Assembly (NCBI GenBank): GCA_902492895.1
Contig: CABUNG010000008.1
Location: 19,045 to 83,044, forward strand
DNA: 64,000 nucleotides
Source: an uncultured Oscillospiraceae bacterium
Lineage (GTDB): Bacteria; Bacillota; Clostridia; Oscillospirales; Acutalibacteraceae
Direction of reading: 5' to 3'
Part shown: piece after piece, positions 29,942 to 39,661 of the stretch
Layout of the letters: each line of letters starts with the position of its first letter
Position numbering within the stretch: position 1 is the stretch's first letter
The notes under the pieces: generated by a model
What the model was told of the DNA's origin: nothing
Seen by the model: only the letters and a program-made list of their open reading frames with translations
Databases searched by the model: none
Program-made: the position numbers and the translations under genes

Positions 29942-31225
29942 ATGCCTTCGAGCAAAGAACTGCTGCAGGCGCTGGAAGACGGACGGTTTGACGCCCTGTT
30001 TGCCCGCCTGTACGGTCCGGACAGCCTGACCTATCAGCGCAAACGCTACAGCGGTGCCGTGAAAGCGTTTGTCGACTGTTTTGGCGACCGGGACAATCTG
30101 CGTCTGTTTTCCGCTCCGGGCCGGACGGAAATCGGCGGCAATCACACCGACCACAACCACGGGCGGGTTCTGGCCGCGAGCGTGAACCTCGATGTGATCG
30201 CGGTGGCCGCGCCCTCTTCCGATGAACAGATCCGCGTCCAGTCCAAGGGATACCCCATGGATGTGGTCGAGCTGGGGGATCTGGCCGTTAAAACGGAAGA
30301 AAAGAACCGTTCCGCTTCCCTCGTGCGGGGGATGGCGGCCCGTTTTAAGGATAAGCGGTTCGCTGTCGGCGGATTCGACGCCTATACCACGTCCGATGTA
30401 CTCAAAGGATCGGGGCTGTCATCTTCTGCGGCATTCGAGGTCCTGCTCGGCACCATTCTCAGCCACCTGTTCAACGGCGGCGCGGTGTCCCCTGTGGAGG
30501 TGGCCAAAGCGGCGCAATACGCGGAAAACGTCTATTTCGGCAAGCCGAGCGGGCTCATGGACCAGATGGCTTCCTCCGTCGGCGGAATCATCACCATCGA
30601 TTTTGCGGATACGGAGCGGCCCGAAATCCGGCAGGCCGATTTCGATTTTGCCGCGAGCGGGCATAAGCTCTGCATCGTGGACACGGGCGGCAATCATGCC
30701 GATCTCACCCATGAATACGCGGCGGTCCCGGCTGAAATGCGGGCCGTCGCCCATTCGCTCGGCGTCGAATATCTGCGGGAGACCACGCTGGACGCGCTGA
30801 TTCCGCGTGTCCCGGAACTCCGCCGTCAGCATGGCGACCGCGCGGTGCTCAGAGCGTTCCATTTCCTTGAGGACAACGACCGGGTCGTCCGGCAGGTGGA
30901 GGCTCTGGAACAGGGAAATTTCGAAGAGTTCAAGCGGCTCGTGATCGAATCGGGGCATTCCTCTTTCGAATATCTGCAGAACGTCTATGCCTCCTGTGAC
31001 GTGAGCTTTCAGGGGCTTTCCATCGCCCTCTGCCTCGCCCAGCTGTTGCTGGACGGTCGGGGCGCCTGGCGGGTGCACGGCGGCGGATTCGGCGGAACCA
31101 CACAGAATTTTGTTCCGGACGACCAGCTTGACGCTTTCCGCCGGACGATGGAAGAGGTATTTGGAAAGGGCAGCTGTCACATTCTCATGATCCGTCCCTG
31201 CGGCGGCATCTGTGTAGAAGCCTGA
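29942..31225 (+). CDS. galK: Galactokinase.
   Basis: GHMP kinase motifs (PGRTEIGGNHTDHNHG, GSGLSSSAA). Confidence 0.9.
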   Translation: MPSSKELLQALEDGRFDALFARLYGPDSLTYQRKRYSGAVKAFVDCFGDRDNLRLFSAPGRTEIGGNHTDHNHGRVLAASVNLDVIAVAAPSSDEQIRVQSKGYPMDVVELGDLAVKTEEKNRSASLVRGMAARFKDKRFAVGGFDAYTTSDVLKGSGLSSSAAFEVLLGTILSHLFNGGAVSPVEVAKAAQYAENVYFGKPSGLMDQMASSVGGIITIDFADTERPEIRQADFDFAASGHKLCIVDTGGNHADLTHEYAAVPAEMRAVAHSLGVEYLRETTLDALIPRVPELRRQHGDRAVLRAFHFLEDNDRVVRQVEALEQGNFEEFKRLVIESGHSSFEYLQNVYASCDVSFQGLSIALCLAQLLLDGRGAWRVHGGGFGGTTQNFVPDDQLDAFRRTMEEVFGKGSCHILMIRPCGGICVEA

Positions 31226-31258
31226 ACACCCAGCAACGTAAAGAAAGGACGCGCCAAC

Positions 31259-32236
31259 ATGGCTGAACTGAGAAAACATCCGCTGACCAACGACTGGATT
31301 ATGATCGCCTCCCACCGGCAGGGACGCCCGCAGATGCCCAAAGATTACTGCCCCTTCTGTCCTGGCTCGGGCAAGGTGCCGGACCATTTCGACGTCTATG
31401 AGTACGACAACGATTTTCCCGCCCTGTCCCAGAACCCTCCGGTTCCTGATGATGTGGCTACAGACTTCTTTGAAACGGCGCCGGCTTACGGCAAATGCGA
31501 AGTGATCCTCTATTCGCCGGAGCACACCATCACGCTGCCTGAACTTCCCACCTCCCACATCCGGAAACTCGTCGATCTTTGGGTGGAACGCTATGAAAAA
31601 ATTGCCGAGGATGAGAAGATCAAATACGTTTTCATCTTTGAAAACCGCGGCGATGTAGTGGGCGTGACCATGCCGCATCCCCACGGCCAGATCTACGGAT
31701 ATCCCTTCATTCCCAAAAAGCTCGAGCTCGAGCTGGACAACGCCAAAGCTTATATGGATGACAAGCATCACTGCCTGTTCTGCGATATGCTGGCCGCGGA
31801 AACCGCATTTGAACAGCGGATCATTTTCCGAAACGAGCATTTCACCGTCTTCCTCCCCTTCTTTACGGAATATCCTTACGGCGTCTATATCATGAGCAAC
31901 GCCCACAAATCCAACATCGCGCAGTTCAGCGACGAAGAACGCACCGCGCTCGCGGAAACCCTGCGGCGGACGACCGGGATGCTCGACAGCCTGTTCGGAT
32001 ACAAATTCCCTTATATGATGTGCATGTACAACGAACCCGTCAACAGCGAAGACGCTTCGGCGTATTATCATTTCCATATCGCGTTTTATCCCCCGATGCG
32101 CAGTGCGGATAAAATCAAGTACAATGCCTCGAGTGAAACGGGCGCCTGGGCCCACTGCAACCCGACCTGCCCGGAAGAAACTTCCAAGGAACTGCGTGCC
32201 GCCTACAGCCGCTTTATGGACAAACAGGACGACTGA
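31259..32236 (+). CDS. galT: Galactose-1-phosphate uridylyltransferase.
   Basis: HIT-like CPFCPG...HPHGQI motifs. Confidence 0.9.
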   Translation: MAELRKHPLTNDWIMIASHRQGRPQMPKDYCPFCPGSGKVPDHFDVYEYDNDFPALSQNPPVPDDVATDFFETAPAYGKCEVILYSPEHTITLPELPTSHIRKLVDLWVERYEKIAEDEKIKYVFIFENRGDVVGVTMPHPHGQIYGYPFIPKKLELELDNAKAYMDDKHHCLFCDMLAAETAFEQRIIFRNEHFTVFLPFFTEYPYGVYIMSNAHKSNIAQFSDEERTALAETLRRTTGMLDSLFGYKFPYMMCMYNEPVNSEDASAYYHFHIAFYPPMRSADKIKYNASSETGAWAHCNPTCPEETSKELRAAYSRFMDKQDD

Positions 32237-32245
32237 ATCCGAAAA

Positions 32246-32290
32246 AATCCCCGTCCTTTCCTATTTTGGAAGGGACGGGGATTTTTTCTT
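32246..32290 (+). terminator. Rho-independent terminator after galT.
   Basis: 15-bp stem AAUCCCCGUCCUUUCC / GGAAGGGACGGGGAUU followed by UUUUUUCUUCUUUUUUU. Confidence 0.8.
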
Positions 32291-32589
32291 CTTTTTTTCA
32301 CAAAAAGGCTGCTTATACTTCGGATGAGACGCGTGGTGATCCCGGCAGAGCTTACAGTCGCCGTGCCGTTTGCAATTCTTCCATTTGCAGGGACAGTTTT
32401 CCGTTTTCATATGGTCCTCCTGGATGGTTTCGTTTTCAGTATACAGGATCCGGGAAGGTTTGGGTACCGGCAGTTTTATCCAAACAGCATCATTGGGAAA
32501 ATTCGGAAAATGGTGATATTCGGCGGTTTGTCCCGACTATATATGAAAGGAGGCATCCCTGGCGAATGAAAAATGGAGGCGACCACGGC

Positions 32590-33480
32590 ATGTACAAAAC
32601 CATACGGATACGAAAAGCGCTCGCGGGCGTGATGGCGGCGGTTGTAACCGTCGCCGCAAGCGGAGGCCTTGCGCTCGGCGTTATCGCCGCCGTCCAGGCG
32701 GATGCGAAGGCCGAAGCGGAGGATGCGGTCGAATTGCCCATCATCATGTATCACGGGCTTCTCAAAGAAGAAAAGCGGCAGGGACAGTACGTCATATCGC
32801 CCGATCTGTTTGAGCAGGACCTGAAATACCTGCAGGAAAACGGGTACACCACCGTTGTCGTCGCGGATTTGATCGATTACGTTAAAAACGGCAAAGAGCT
32901 GCCCAACAAACCAGTGATGATCACCTTCGACGACGGGTATTACAACAATTATCTCTATGCGTTTCCCCTGCTCAAGCAGTACAACAGCAAAATGGTGCTC
33001 TCCCCCATCGGCCGCTATACCGATGAATATACCCAGAACAAGGACACTCACGCAAATTATGCCCACTGCAGCTGGGATGTGGTCCGGGAGATGATGGAGT
33101 CGGGGCTTGTGGAGTTTCAGAATCATTCCTATAATCTGCATTCCATCGATCACGGACGAAAAGGCGCCAAAAAGAAAACCGTGGAGAGCCTGGTCGACTA
33201 CCGCTCCCTGCTGGTCGACGACGTGATGAAAATGCAGAACCGGATGCACGAGGAAACCGATTATACCCCCACCGCGTTTACCTATCCGTTCGGTGCGGTG
33301 AGCAGTGAATCCCTGCCGATTCTCAAGGAACTCGGCTTCCAGGCGACCCTCATCTGCGAAAGCCATATCAACACCATTACACGCGACCCCGAAAGCCTTT
33401 ACGGACTCGGCCGGTATCTGCGTCCTCCCAAAACCAGCCCCGCCGTCTTTTTTAAAAAAATACTGCCAAAGGAGTCGTGA
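32590..33480 (+). CDS. Polysaccharide deacetylase (NodB-family, membrane-anchored). An alternative start exists at 32566.
   Basis: An N-terminal TM helix followed by ...MITFDDGY... NodB motif 1 and His motifs. The track ORF start at 32266 is upstream of the galT terminator and cannot be the real start. Confidence 0.75.
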   Translation: MYKTIRIRKALAGVMAAVVTVAASGGLALGVIAAVQADAKAEAEDAVELPIIMYHGLLKEEKRQGQYVISPDLFEQDLKYLQENGYTTVVVADLIDYVKNGKELPNKPVMITFDDGYYNNYLYAFPLLKQYNSKMVLSPIGRYTDEYTQNKDTHANYAHCSWDVVREMMESGLVEFQNHSYNLHSIDHGRKGAKKKTVESLVDYRSLLVDDVMKMQNRMHEETDYTPTAFTYPFGAVSSESLPILKELGFQATLICESHINTITRDPESLYGLGRYLRPPKTSPAVFFKKILPKES

Positions 33481-33486
33481 CGTAAC

Positions 33487-34224
33487 ATGCCCCGTATTTA
33501 TCTGAGTCCCTCCCTCCAGCAAAACAACCCCTATGTGATCGGCGGTTCGGAGGAATACTACATGAACCTCATCGCCGACGCGATGGAGCCCTATCTGCTC
33601 TCCTCCGGCATTGCGTTTACCCGAAACGATCCGGAACAGACGCTGTCCCAAGTGATCGCGCAATCCAACGCCGGAGACTACGATCTCCATCTGGCATTGC
33701 ATTCCAATGCGGCCGGCGCTGCCAATTCCGGCCAAGTGCGCGGAACCGACGTCTATTATTACACCAACAGCACCGAGGGGAAACGGGCAGCCGACATCAT
33801 TGCGGAAAATTTTAAAAATATCTATCCCGATCCAAGCCGGGTGCGGACCCTGGCCACCAGTTCCCTGGCCGAGGTGGTGCGCACCCGCGCGCCGGCGGTT
33901 TTGCTGGAGACTGCGTATCACGACAATGTTGAAGACGCGGAATGGATCCGGGACAATATCAACGCGATTGCACGGAATCTGGTGCAGTCCCTCACACAGT
34001 ATTTCGGAATTCCCTTTGTCGAGGCCCAGCCGGCCAGAGAAGGCCGGGTGGATACCGTACGCGGAGACCTGAACCTGCGCAGCCGCCCGAGCATGGACGC
34101 CTCCATCATCACCACCATTCCGGATGGATCGGCGGTGACGATATACGGCGAACTGCCGGATTGGTATGTGGTCAATTACCTCGGCAACATCGGCTATGCC
34201 AGCCGACGCTACATACAGGTGTAG
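33487..34224 (+). CDS. N-acetylmuramoyl-L-alanine amidase (Amidase_3-like) with a C-terminal SH3b domain.
   Basis: DLHLALHSNA...E...H Amidase_3 motifs. A C-terminal ~60 aa SH3-like segment (GDLNLRSRPS...YGELPDWYVV). Confidence 0.7.
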   Translation: MPRIYLSPSLQQNNPYVIGGSEEYYMNLIADAMEPYLLSSGIAFTRNDPEQTLSQVIAQSNAGDYDLHLALHSNAAGAANSGQVRGTDVYYYTNSTEGKRAADIIAENFKNIYPDPSRVRTLATSSLAEVVRTRAPAVLLETAYHDNVEDAEWIRDNINAIARNLVQSLTQYFGIPFVEAQPAREGRVDTVRGDLNLRSRPSMDASIITTIPDGSAVTIYGELPDWYVVNYLGNIGYASRRYIQV

Positions 34225-34230
34225 ATATAC

Positions 34231-34268
34231 CCCCTGCCCGCAGGCCGTATTGGCCTGCGGGCAGGGGG
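34231..34268. terminator. Strong GC hairpin, a possible factor-independent terminator / island boundary, with no clear U-tract.
   Basis: CCCCCUGCCCGCAGGCC-guauu-GGCCUGCGGGCAGGGGG. Confidence 0.4.
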
Positions 34269-34411
34269 TTCAGACTATATATTCTATATTATCGAAACTC
34301 TATGGCTTTGATTTTAAGAGATTATTAAATAATATGCTATATTGACTTTGTTTTTAAAATATTATAGAATTAAAACATCCATATAAATAAGGAGTTTTAT
34401 AGGAGCATGAT

Positions 34412-35326
34412 GTGATGAAGCCGAATCGACAAATCGTCCTGAAGCGGATTGGCATCCTCGCAGCTGCGGTTTTTCTGTTGTTTTTGTTGGCCTGCGTTGG
34501 AATACATGGGATATATTTCAGTCCATATCGTGATCCTATACAAACGAAATCGACGTTTATATGCATTAATGAGCTTCTCAGTCCCTCCCTTACATATAGC
34601 GATTTAATGGATGAATCCGGGAATTTATGGAGTTTCAGCCGCTATTCACAACGCTTTTATCTGCACAAAATGTCCTATAATCGGGATGAATATGCGTTTG
34701 AAAACACTGGTACAATACGGTATTCCTTTGGTCGTGCGACGGTCTCCGACTATGAAGATACCATAAACTTAGGCCGCATCACAACAGAACAGTCTATATT
34801 TATGGGAAAAGAGGATCCGTCCAATGTCTTGGGTACCATAGACCCGGAAAAACACTATGAGGTTTGGATTCGTTTTCGAGAACCCATGTCCCTGCAATCC
34901 GTCCATGAAACATTTCCGTCCTTCATAAATAATGCCGAATCCAGGCCAAACCAGAGCGGTGTTATCTGGATCCCGATCAAATCCAGCGATCATCCGAACG
35001 ATCTCTGCATAGGGGCGCCCGGCAATCTGTCCCTCCACTATAAAAACGCTCCGGGTTCCGCCGTGCAAGATCGATATTGGATGGACGCGTATCTCCAGGA
35101 ACTGGCTTTTCGTCAATCCCTGCAATATCTGGCAGACCATTCCAATATTGCCGAAATCTTTCTGAACAGCGGATTGTATGAAGCCGGAAATACCATCGAC
35201 TTCCATGACAGGCTGGAATATGTGCAGACAAATGGAGTACAATGTCTCGGATTGGTGGTGTATGCACCAGGTCGTCTTCTGATGGAAGACCGTACACTAA
35301 CCATTGTCAAAGCATGGGAATGTTAA
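34412..35326 (+). CDS. Hypothetical membrane-anchored exported protein in a lower-GC insert.
   Basis: N-terminal TM/signal anchor and a 270-aa domain with no recognisable motifs. The locus is visibly AT-richer than its flanks and is flanked by hairpins. Confidence 0.5.
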   Translation: MMKPNRQIVLKRIGILAAAVFLLFLLACVGIHGIYFSPYRDPIQTKSTFICINELLSPSLTYSDLMDESGNLWSFSRYSQRFYLHKMSYNRDEYAFENTGTIRYSFGRATVSDYEDTINLGRITTEQSIFMGKEDPSNVLGTIDPEKHYEVWIRFREPMSLQSVHETFPSFINNAESRPNQSGVIWIPIKSSDHPNDLCIGAPGNLSLHYKNAPGSAVQDRYWMDAYLQELAFRQSLQYLADHSNIAEIFLNSGLYEAGNTIDFHDRLEYVQTNGVQCLGLVVYAPGRLLMEDRTLTIVKAWEC

Positions 35327-35382
35327 AGGCCAGGCCATCTCTGCGGGTGGCCCGCTTACTATACACAGCTGTGCGCAAGATA

Positions 35383-35420
35383 TCAGCATAAACATGCTCT
35401 ATAAACAAGCCCGGTCCTCG
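35383..35420. terminator. Bidirectional hairpin terminator.
   Basis: AUAAACAAGCCCGGUCC-ucgaa-GGACCGGGCUUGUUUAU. Confidence 0.55.
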
Positions 35421-35462
35421 AAGGACCGGGCTTGTTTATAGCAATGAGATATTTATGGGCTT

Positions 35463-35997
35463 TTAATTCCGAAGGATCCCAACAAAAAGCAACGCGAATC
35501 CCGCGACGATGAATGAGGCAATCATGGAATACAGGCGGAAATAGTACGCCGGTACCGGGTTCCCCCCGATCATCCAGATACATCCACCAGATCTCGTAAT
35601 AGGATTCCGGTTTGTAGATATCCCACCCTGCCGCTGCAAAGCAGGCCACCGCCCCCACGCCCCACCATCCGGCAAAAAAGATGGAGGCGCCTATGGAAAA
35701 CAGGATCAGCAGCACGCAGACTCCGAGAATCGCCGGGCGCAGCCGTTCAAACAAACGCCGGCGCTGTTCCCGCTTCTCGAGTTCAGCAGCAAACGGCTCG
35801 ATTTTCTGCTCAATCATCCGGTTTTCGCTGACCGGCTCCACTCCGGAAAGGGAGACCAGGCATTCCCGACATACAGCCGCGCGGCTGGAGTTGGCCAAGC
35901 CGCAGTTCGGGCAGCATTTCACCCACTCATCTATCGGCGCATCGGACGGATGCTCTGCCGGCACGGCGGGGTCGTTCGTTGTCGTCTGTTCTTGCAT
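35463..35997 (-). CDS. Zinc-ribbon membrane protein, apparently frameshifted at a C6/G6 homopolymer (35551-35556). The N-terminal 150 aa come from the 204-aa ORF and the C-terminal TM helix from the overlapping 70-aa ORF.
   Basis: N-terminal CPNCG...CREC zinc ribbon plus a TM helix. Shifting frame at the GGGGGG run joins ...YLDDRG to NPVPAYYFRLYSMIASFIVAGFALLFVGILRN* and ends 35 nt before the terminator hairpin. Confidence 0.45.
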
Positions 35998-36015
35998 TCC
36001 TACACACCCCGTCTG

Positions 36016-36786
36016 TCAGCCGAAAGTGGGATACGGCGCACCTTGAGGGGGTATGGGCGGCGGCAACTGGCCGAAATCGTCCCAAGTCAGTTTGCCGCTG
36101 CGAATGGCGGTATCCTTAAGGGAATCGTAGATACCCGCGTGGGCGGTGGCCTGGTAGGGATTCACATACAGAATACCCAGAATGCCGCAGGTAAGCGTCG
36201 TCAAAAGCGCCCAGCCGATGTAGCTGAGTTCAAAGACGAACAAATCCAATTTGGCGCCATTCGTCATGATCTCGCTCATTTTCAGAGCTCTGGACGGCGA
36301 CAGATTGGGGTTTTCGCACAGGATATAGCCCGTCATGCTGTACGCCAGCCCTTTTACCACGCCCATAATGCCGCAGGTAATCAAGCCCCAGAGAAAAATA
36401 TACAGGTCGCGCAGAAACGTCGTTTTGACAGCCGGAAGATAGAAACGGAAACCGCAGAAAAATTCACCAACCGGCGGATTTTCGCCCCGGCTGTACCGCA
36501 GGCACCAGCCGTTGACCCCCACCTGAACCACGCTGGCAAACAGGATGGAATAGAGAATACCCGCTACGGCGATGATCAGAAACACCCCGGTAAACATCAG
36601 CAAGAAACGCTGGGGGATATCGAGTGCTCCAGCGTCGCTGGACCTCTGGAGATTGAACTGGAACGTCAAAAGCGAACTGGATGAGCCGCCAAGCAATCCG
36701 GCCAAAAACAAGACCAGAATGGCGTTTCCGCTTCCCGCACGCAGGCGGGCTTTGGCACGCTCTTTGAGATAGGGTCTGTCAAACAT
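36016..36786 (-). CDS. DUF975-family integral membrane protein.
   Basis: 256 aa polytopic protein with a Pro-rich C-terminus. Recognised by overall resemblance to YciC/DUF975 proteins. Confidence 0.5.
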   Translation of the reverse strand: MFDRPYLKERAKARLRAGSGNAILVLFLAGLLGGSSSSLLTFQFNLQRSSDAGALDIPQRFLLMFTGVFLIIAVAGILYSILFASVVQVGVNGWCLRYSRGENPPVGEFFCGFRFYLPAVKTTFLRDLYIFLWGLITCGIMGVVKGLAYSMTGYILCENPNLSPSRALKMSEIMTNGAKLDLFVFELSYIGWALLTTLTCGILGILYVNPYQATAHAGIYDSLKDTAIRSGKLTWDDFGQLPPPIPPQGAPYPTFG

Positions 36787-36862
36787 GCGGTAATGCCTCC
36801 TCTGAGATTAAGATATGGAACGGGCGGGGCATCCCCTCCAGGCCCCGCCCGTATCCGGAATA

Positions 36863-38281
36863 TTACTCTGCGGGTTTTGTCTCCGGTTCCTCAGCTTCCT
36901 TGCCCAGGAATTCCGGGATTTTCATACCGGCCATTTTGAAGGTTTCGCTCAGGGGCGGAATCGACTTCATCATGCCAGAGAGAAAATTCGCCGTGGTGGA
37001 CGACCCGTTTTGTCCGTTCATGCTGTCCCAAACCGTGATCTTGTCGATGCTCAGGTTCTTGATCGCTTCCACCTGAATCTTGGTCAGCTCTTCGATCTTA
37101 TCGGTCAGCAGCAGCTGCACGGCGGAATTCGGATCGCCGCCGGCCGCCTTGACGATCTCGGCAAAGCCTTCGGCCTGTTTGGACAGGATCTCCTGAACAC
37201 CGCGGGCCTGGGCCTCCATCTTGGCAAAAATAGCGTCCGCATCGCCCTTTGCCAAACGGCGGGTCTGTTCGGCCTCGGCTTCGGCCTCCAGGACCTTCTT
37301 TTCCTTTTCGATCTGAGCCTTGACGATGACGTCGGCCTGCTGGGTGGCGAGTTCGCGGGCCGCACGGGCTTTTTCAGCCGCCTGCTCGGCAGCGTATGCT
37401 TCTTCCTTGGCTTTCGCTTCGGCCAGCTTCTCGGCCGTTACGGCGCGCCTTTGGGCTTCGGCCTCCTGCTCACGGCGGGTGGCGTCGGATTTCGCAATGT
37501 TGGCTTTGGATGTGTTTTCACCGTCCACAGCCGTAGCGTTGGCCGCCGCGACGGACACACGCTGATCGCGCACGGCGTTGGCTTCACCGATGGAGCCTTC
37601 CCGGTTGCGTTCGGCGACCGAGATACGGGCTTCGTTGATCGCTTTGGCCGCAGCTTCTTTACCGAGAGCCTCAATGTATCCGGATTCGTCGCTGATATCG
37701 GTGACGTTGACGTTGATCAGGCGAAGACCGATCTTTTTGAGCTCACTTTCCACGCAGGCTGTGACAGCCGCCAGGAATTTGTCACGGTCGGTGTTGATCT
37801 CTTCGATCTCCATGGTGGCGATGATCAGACGCATCTGACCGAATATGATATCCTTGGCGAGCTCCTGCACTTCCTGGAGCTTCAGACCCAGCAGACGCTC
37901 GGCCGCGTTCTGCATGGTGCCGGGCTCGGTCGAGATGCCGACCGTAAACCGGGCCGGGACGTCGATCCGGATATTCTGGCGGGACAGGGCGCTTTTTAGA
38001 TCCACGCTGATGGACATCGGGGTCAAATCCATATACTCGTAGGACTGCACCACCGGCCAGATGAAAGCGGCGCCGCCGTGGATGCAGCGGGCGGACCGGG
38101 CCGAACCATCCTTGTTCTGGCCGACTTTACCGTATATGACCATGACCTTGTCGGACGGGCAACGGCGGTACCGGGCGAGGCACATCAGCAACAGACTGAA
38201 TACCAGGACTACCACCACCACAACGGCGATGAGGACGGACGGCGGCAAGGCCGCGGCGAAGATCGGAACCATGTACAACAC
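36863..38281 (-). CDS. Flotillin-like SPFH/band-7 protein (FloT/YqiK type).
   Basis: N-terminal TM, an SPFH domain, and long Ala/Glu-rich coiled-coil repeats (EAEAQRRAVTAEKLAEAKAKEEAYAAEQAAEKARAA...). Confidence 0.85.
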   Translation of the reverse strand: MLYMVPIFAAALPPSVLIAVVVVVVLVFSLLLMCLARYRRCPSDKVMVIYGKVGQNKDGSARSARCIHGGAAFIWPVVQSYEYMDLTPMSISVDLKSALSRQNIRIDVPARFTVGISTEPGTMQNAAERLLGLKLQEVQELAKDIIFGQMRLIIATMEIEEINTDRDKFLAAVTACVESELKKIGLRLINVNVTDISDESGYIEALGKEAAAKAINEARISVAERNREGSIGEANAVRDQRVSVAAANATAVDGENTSKANIAKSDATRREQEAEAQRRAVTAEKLAEAKAKEEAYAAEQAAEKARAARELATQQADVIVKAQIEKEKKVLEAEAEAEQTRRLAKGDADAIFAKMEAQARGVQEILSKQAEGFAEIVKAAGGDPNSAVQLLLTDKIEELTKIQVEAIKNLSIDKITVWDSMNGQNGSSTTANFLSGMMKSIPPLSETFKMAGMKIPEFLGKEAEEPETKPAE

Positions 38282-38322
38282 TCCTTTAACTTAATTTATG
38301 GCTCATGCCATTGGAAACGAAT

Positions 38323-39021
38323 TCAGGCGGTTTCCTCCTCCAGAGGAGCGACAACCAGGACATTGGCGGGGGTGATCCCCACAACGCGGACCTGCTGTCC
38401 GGTTTTGAGCCCATGCTCCATACAAACGGCCTCGAGCTCGGAAAACCGTTCCTGTACAACCAGGGTGACTTTCCCCTTCTCCCCCTTCTCCATCGGCACA
38501 TAGACCTCGGCAATTTTCCCGACGGTGTTGTTCAGGTCAAGATTGCCGCTTTGCTGCATCCGCAGGGAAAACATGATGACCACAGCCACCAGGGACATAG
38601 CGGCAAATCCCGCCACCAGAGCAATAGGCAGCGCCAGGAAAATCGTGACGTTCAGATCCAGCATGGCGATGGCGACCCAGCCGAACACGGCCAGGAACGC
38701 GACGATCCCCCGCAGAGAGAACAGGCGAAGTCCGGCGTCATGATCGGAAACAGAACCGTCATGGGCGTCGTGGTCAAAATCGTGATCCACGCCGCAGGCT
38801 CCGCTGTCGTGGATCTCCATCGGCGCATCATGGTCCAAGTCCGCGTCGAAGTCGTGGTCGAAATCGTGATCCACATCGGCGTCGCCGTCGTGCCCCAGGC
38901 CGAACAGCAGCATAATCGTCTGGATGATGAGAATGAGGGTTGCGGGAATGGCGATGACATACAGAATCTGCTCGAGCAAATCCAGCTGGTTCCACCATGC
39001 AAACATCGAAGAAGCCTCCAT
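38323..39021 (-). CDS. NfeD-family membrane protein (YqiJ/YuaF-like), partner of flotillin.
   Basis: TM helices, an acidic HD/DH repeat region (DHDFDHDFDADLDHD...) and a C-terminal OB-fold-like beta domain. Confidence 0.75.
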   Translation of the reverse strand: MEASSMFAWWNQLDLLEQILYVIAIPATLILIIQTIMLLFGLGHDGDADVDHDFDHDFDADLDHDAPMEIHDSGACGVDHDFDHDAHDGSVSDHDAGLRLFSLRGIVAFLAVFGWVAIAMLDLNVTIFLALPIALVAGFAAMSLVAVVIMFSLRMQQSGNLDLNNTVGKIAEVYVPMEKGEKGKVTLVVQERFSELEAVCMEHGLKTGQQVRVVGITPANVLVVAPLEEETA

Positions 39022-39073
39022 TCCAAAGTTGTCGACAAAGTTTGGATCCGCTTTAAGCGGAAGGGCGGACCGG

Positions 39074-39661
39074 TTACACAGACGGAAGCGGATTGTCCTC
39101 TTCCGCGACGATCGATTGGTACAGGCTGTCGGCCTCCTGCATGAGGGCCGCGGCCGCAGCGTTCAGCAGGATCATGGTCAGAGCCTTTTCCAACCTCTCT
39201 TTGGCATCCGGCACGGGCCCCTCATAGCCCTCAAGTTGCGCACCGATGAGAGCTATGAGAGACTCGCGGTCCATGGTACCTTTTTTCTGACATTGAAGAA
39301 TCGCCGAACTGACGAGAGTGTACAGCTCCGGCTCGGGGATGATATCGTCCGTCCGGTCATCGACGCAGCCGTTGATATACCGCATAAGCCGCGCGATTTG
39401 ATCAAGCTGCATGGTCGGCCGCAGCAGGTTGATCATCAGAACCCGGGCCACCTGCAGCTCTCCGTATTTTTTATTCACAGGATTGGAAACCCAGCCCCGT
39501 TTGACCCAATTCTGGATGGTCGTACCGCTCTGGCCCGTCATTTCGGACAGCTGGGACAGCGTCAGTCCCCCTCCCGATACCGCGAAAACCGGTTCCAGCA
39601 GAGCAAACCCCTTCTCCTCCCCGCCCGGCGGAATCGGCAAATTGGTGCCCGGTAATGTCAT
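39074..39661 (-). CDS. DUF1836-family protein with an HTH-like segment.
   Basis: QSGTTIQNWVKRGWVSNPVNKKYGELQVARVLMINLLR matches the DUF1836 pattern. Confidence 0.55.
   Translation of the reverse strand: MTLPGTNLPIPPGGEEKGFALLEPVFAVSGGGLTLSQLSEMTGQSGTTIQNWVKRGWVSNPVNKKYGELQVARVLMINLLRPTMQLDQIARLMRYINGCVDDRTDDIIPEPELYTLVSSAILQCQKKGTMDRESLIALIGAQLEGYEGPVPDAKERLEKALTMILLNAAAAALMQEADSLYQSIVAEEDNPLPSV

Noticed and set aside
32266-32589. N-terminal 108-aa extension of the deacetylase ORF in the track.
   Set aside because: It would begin inside the galT terminator hairpin. Good RBS-ATG combinations occur only at 32566 and 32590, followed by a TM anchor.
38760-38900. Repetitive GAYCACGAYTTCGAC units.
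   Set aside because: Coding low-complexity (His-Asp)n repeats within the NfeD-family gene, not a non-coding repeat element.
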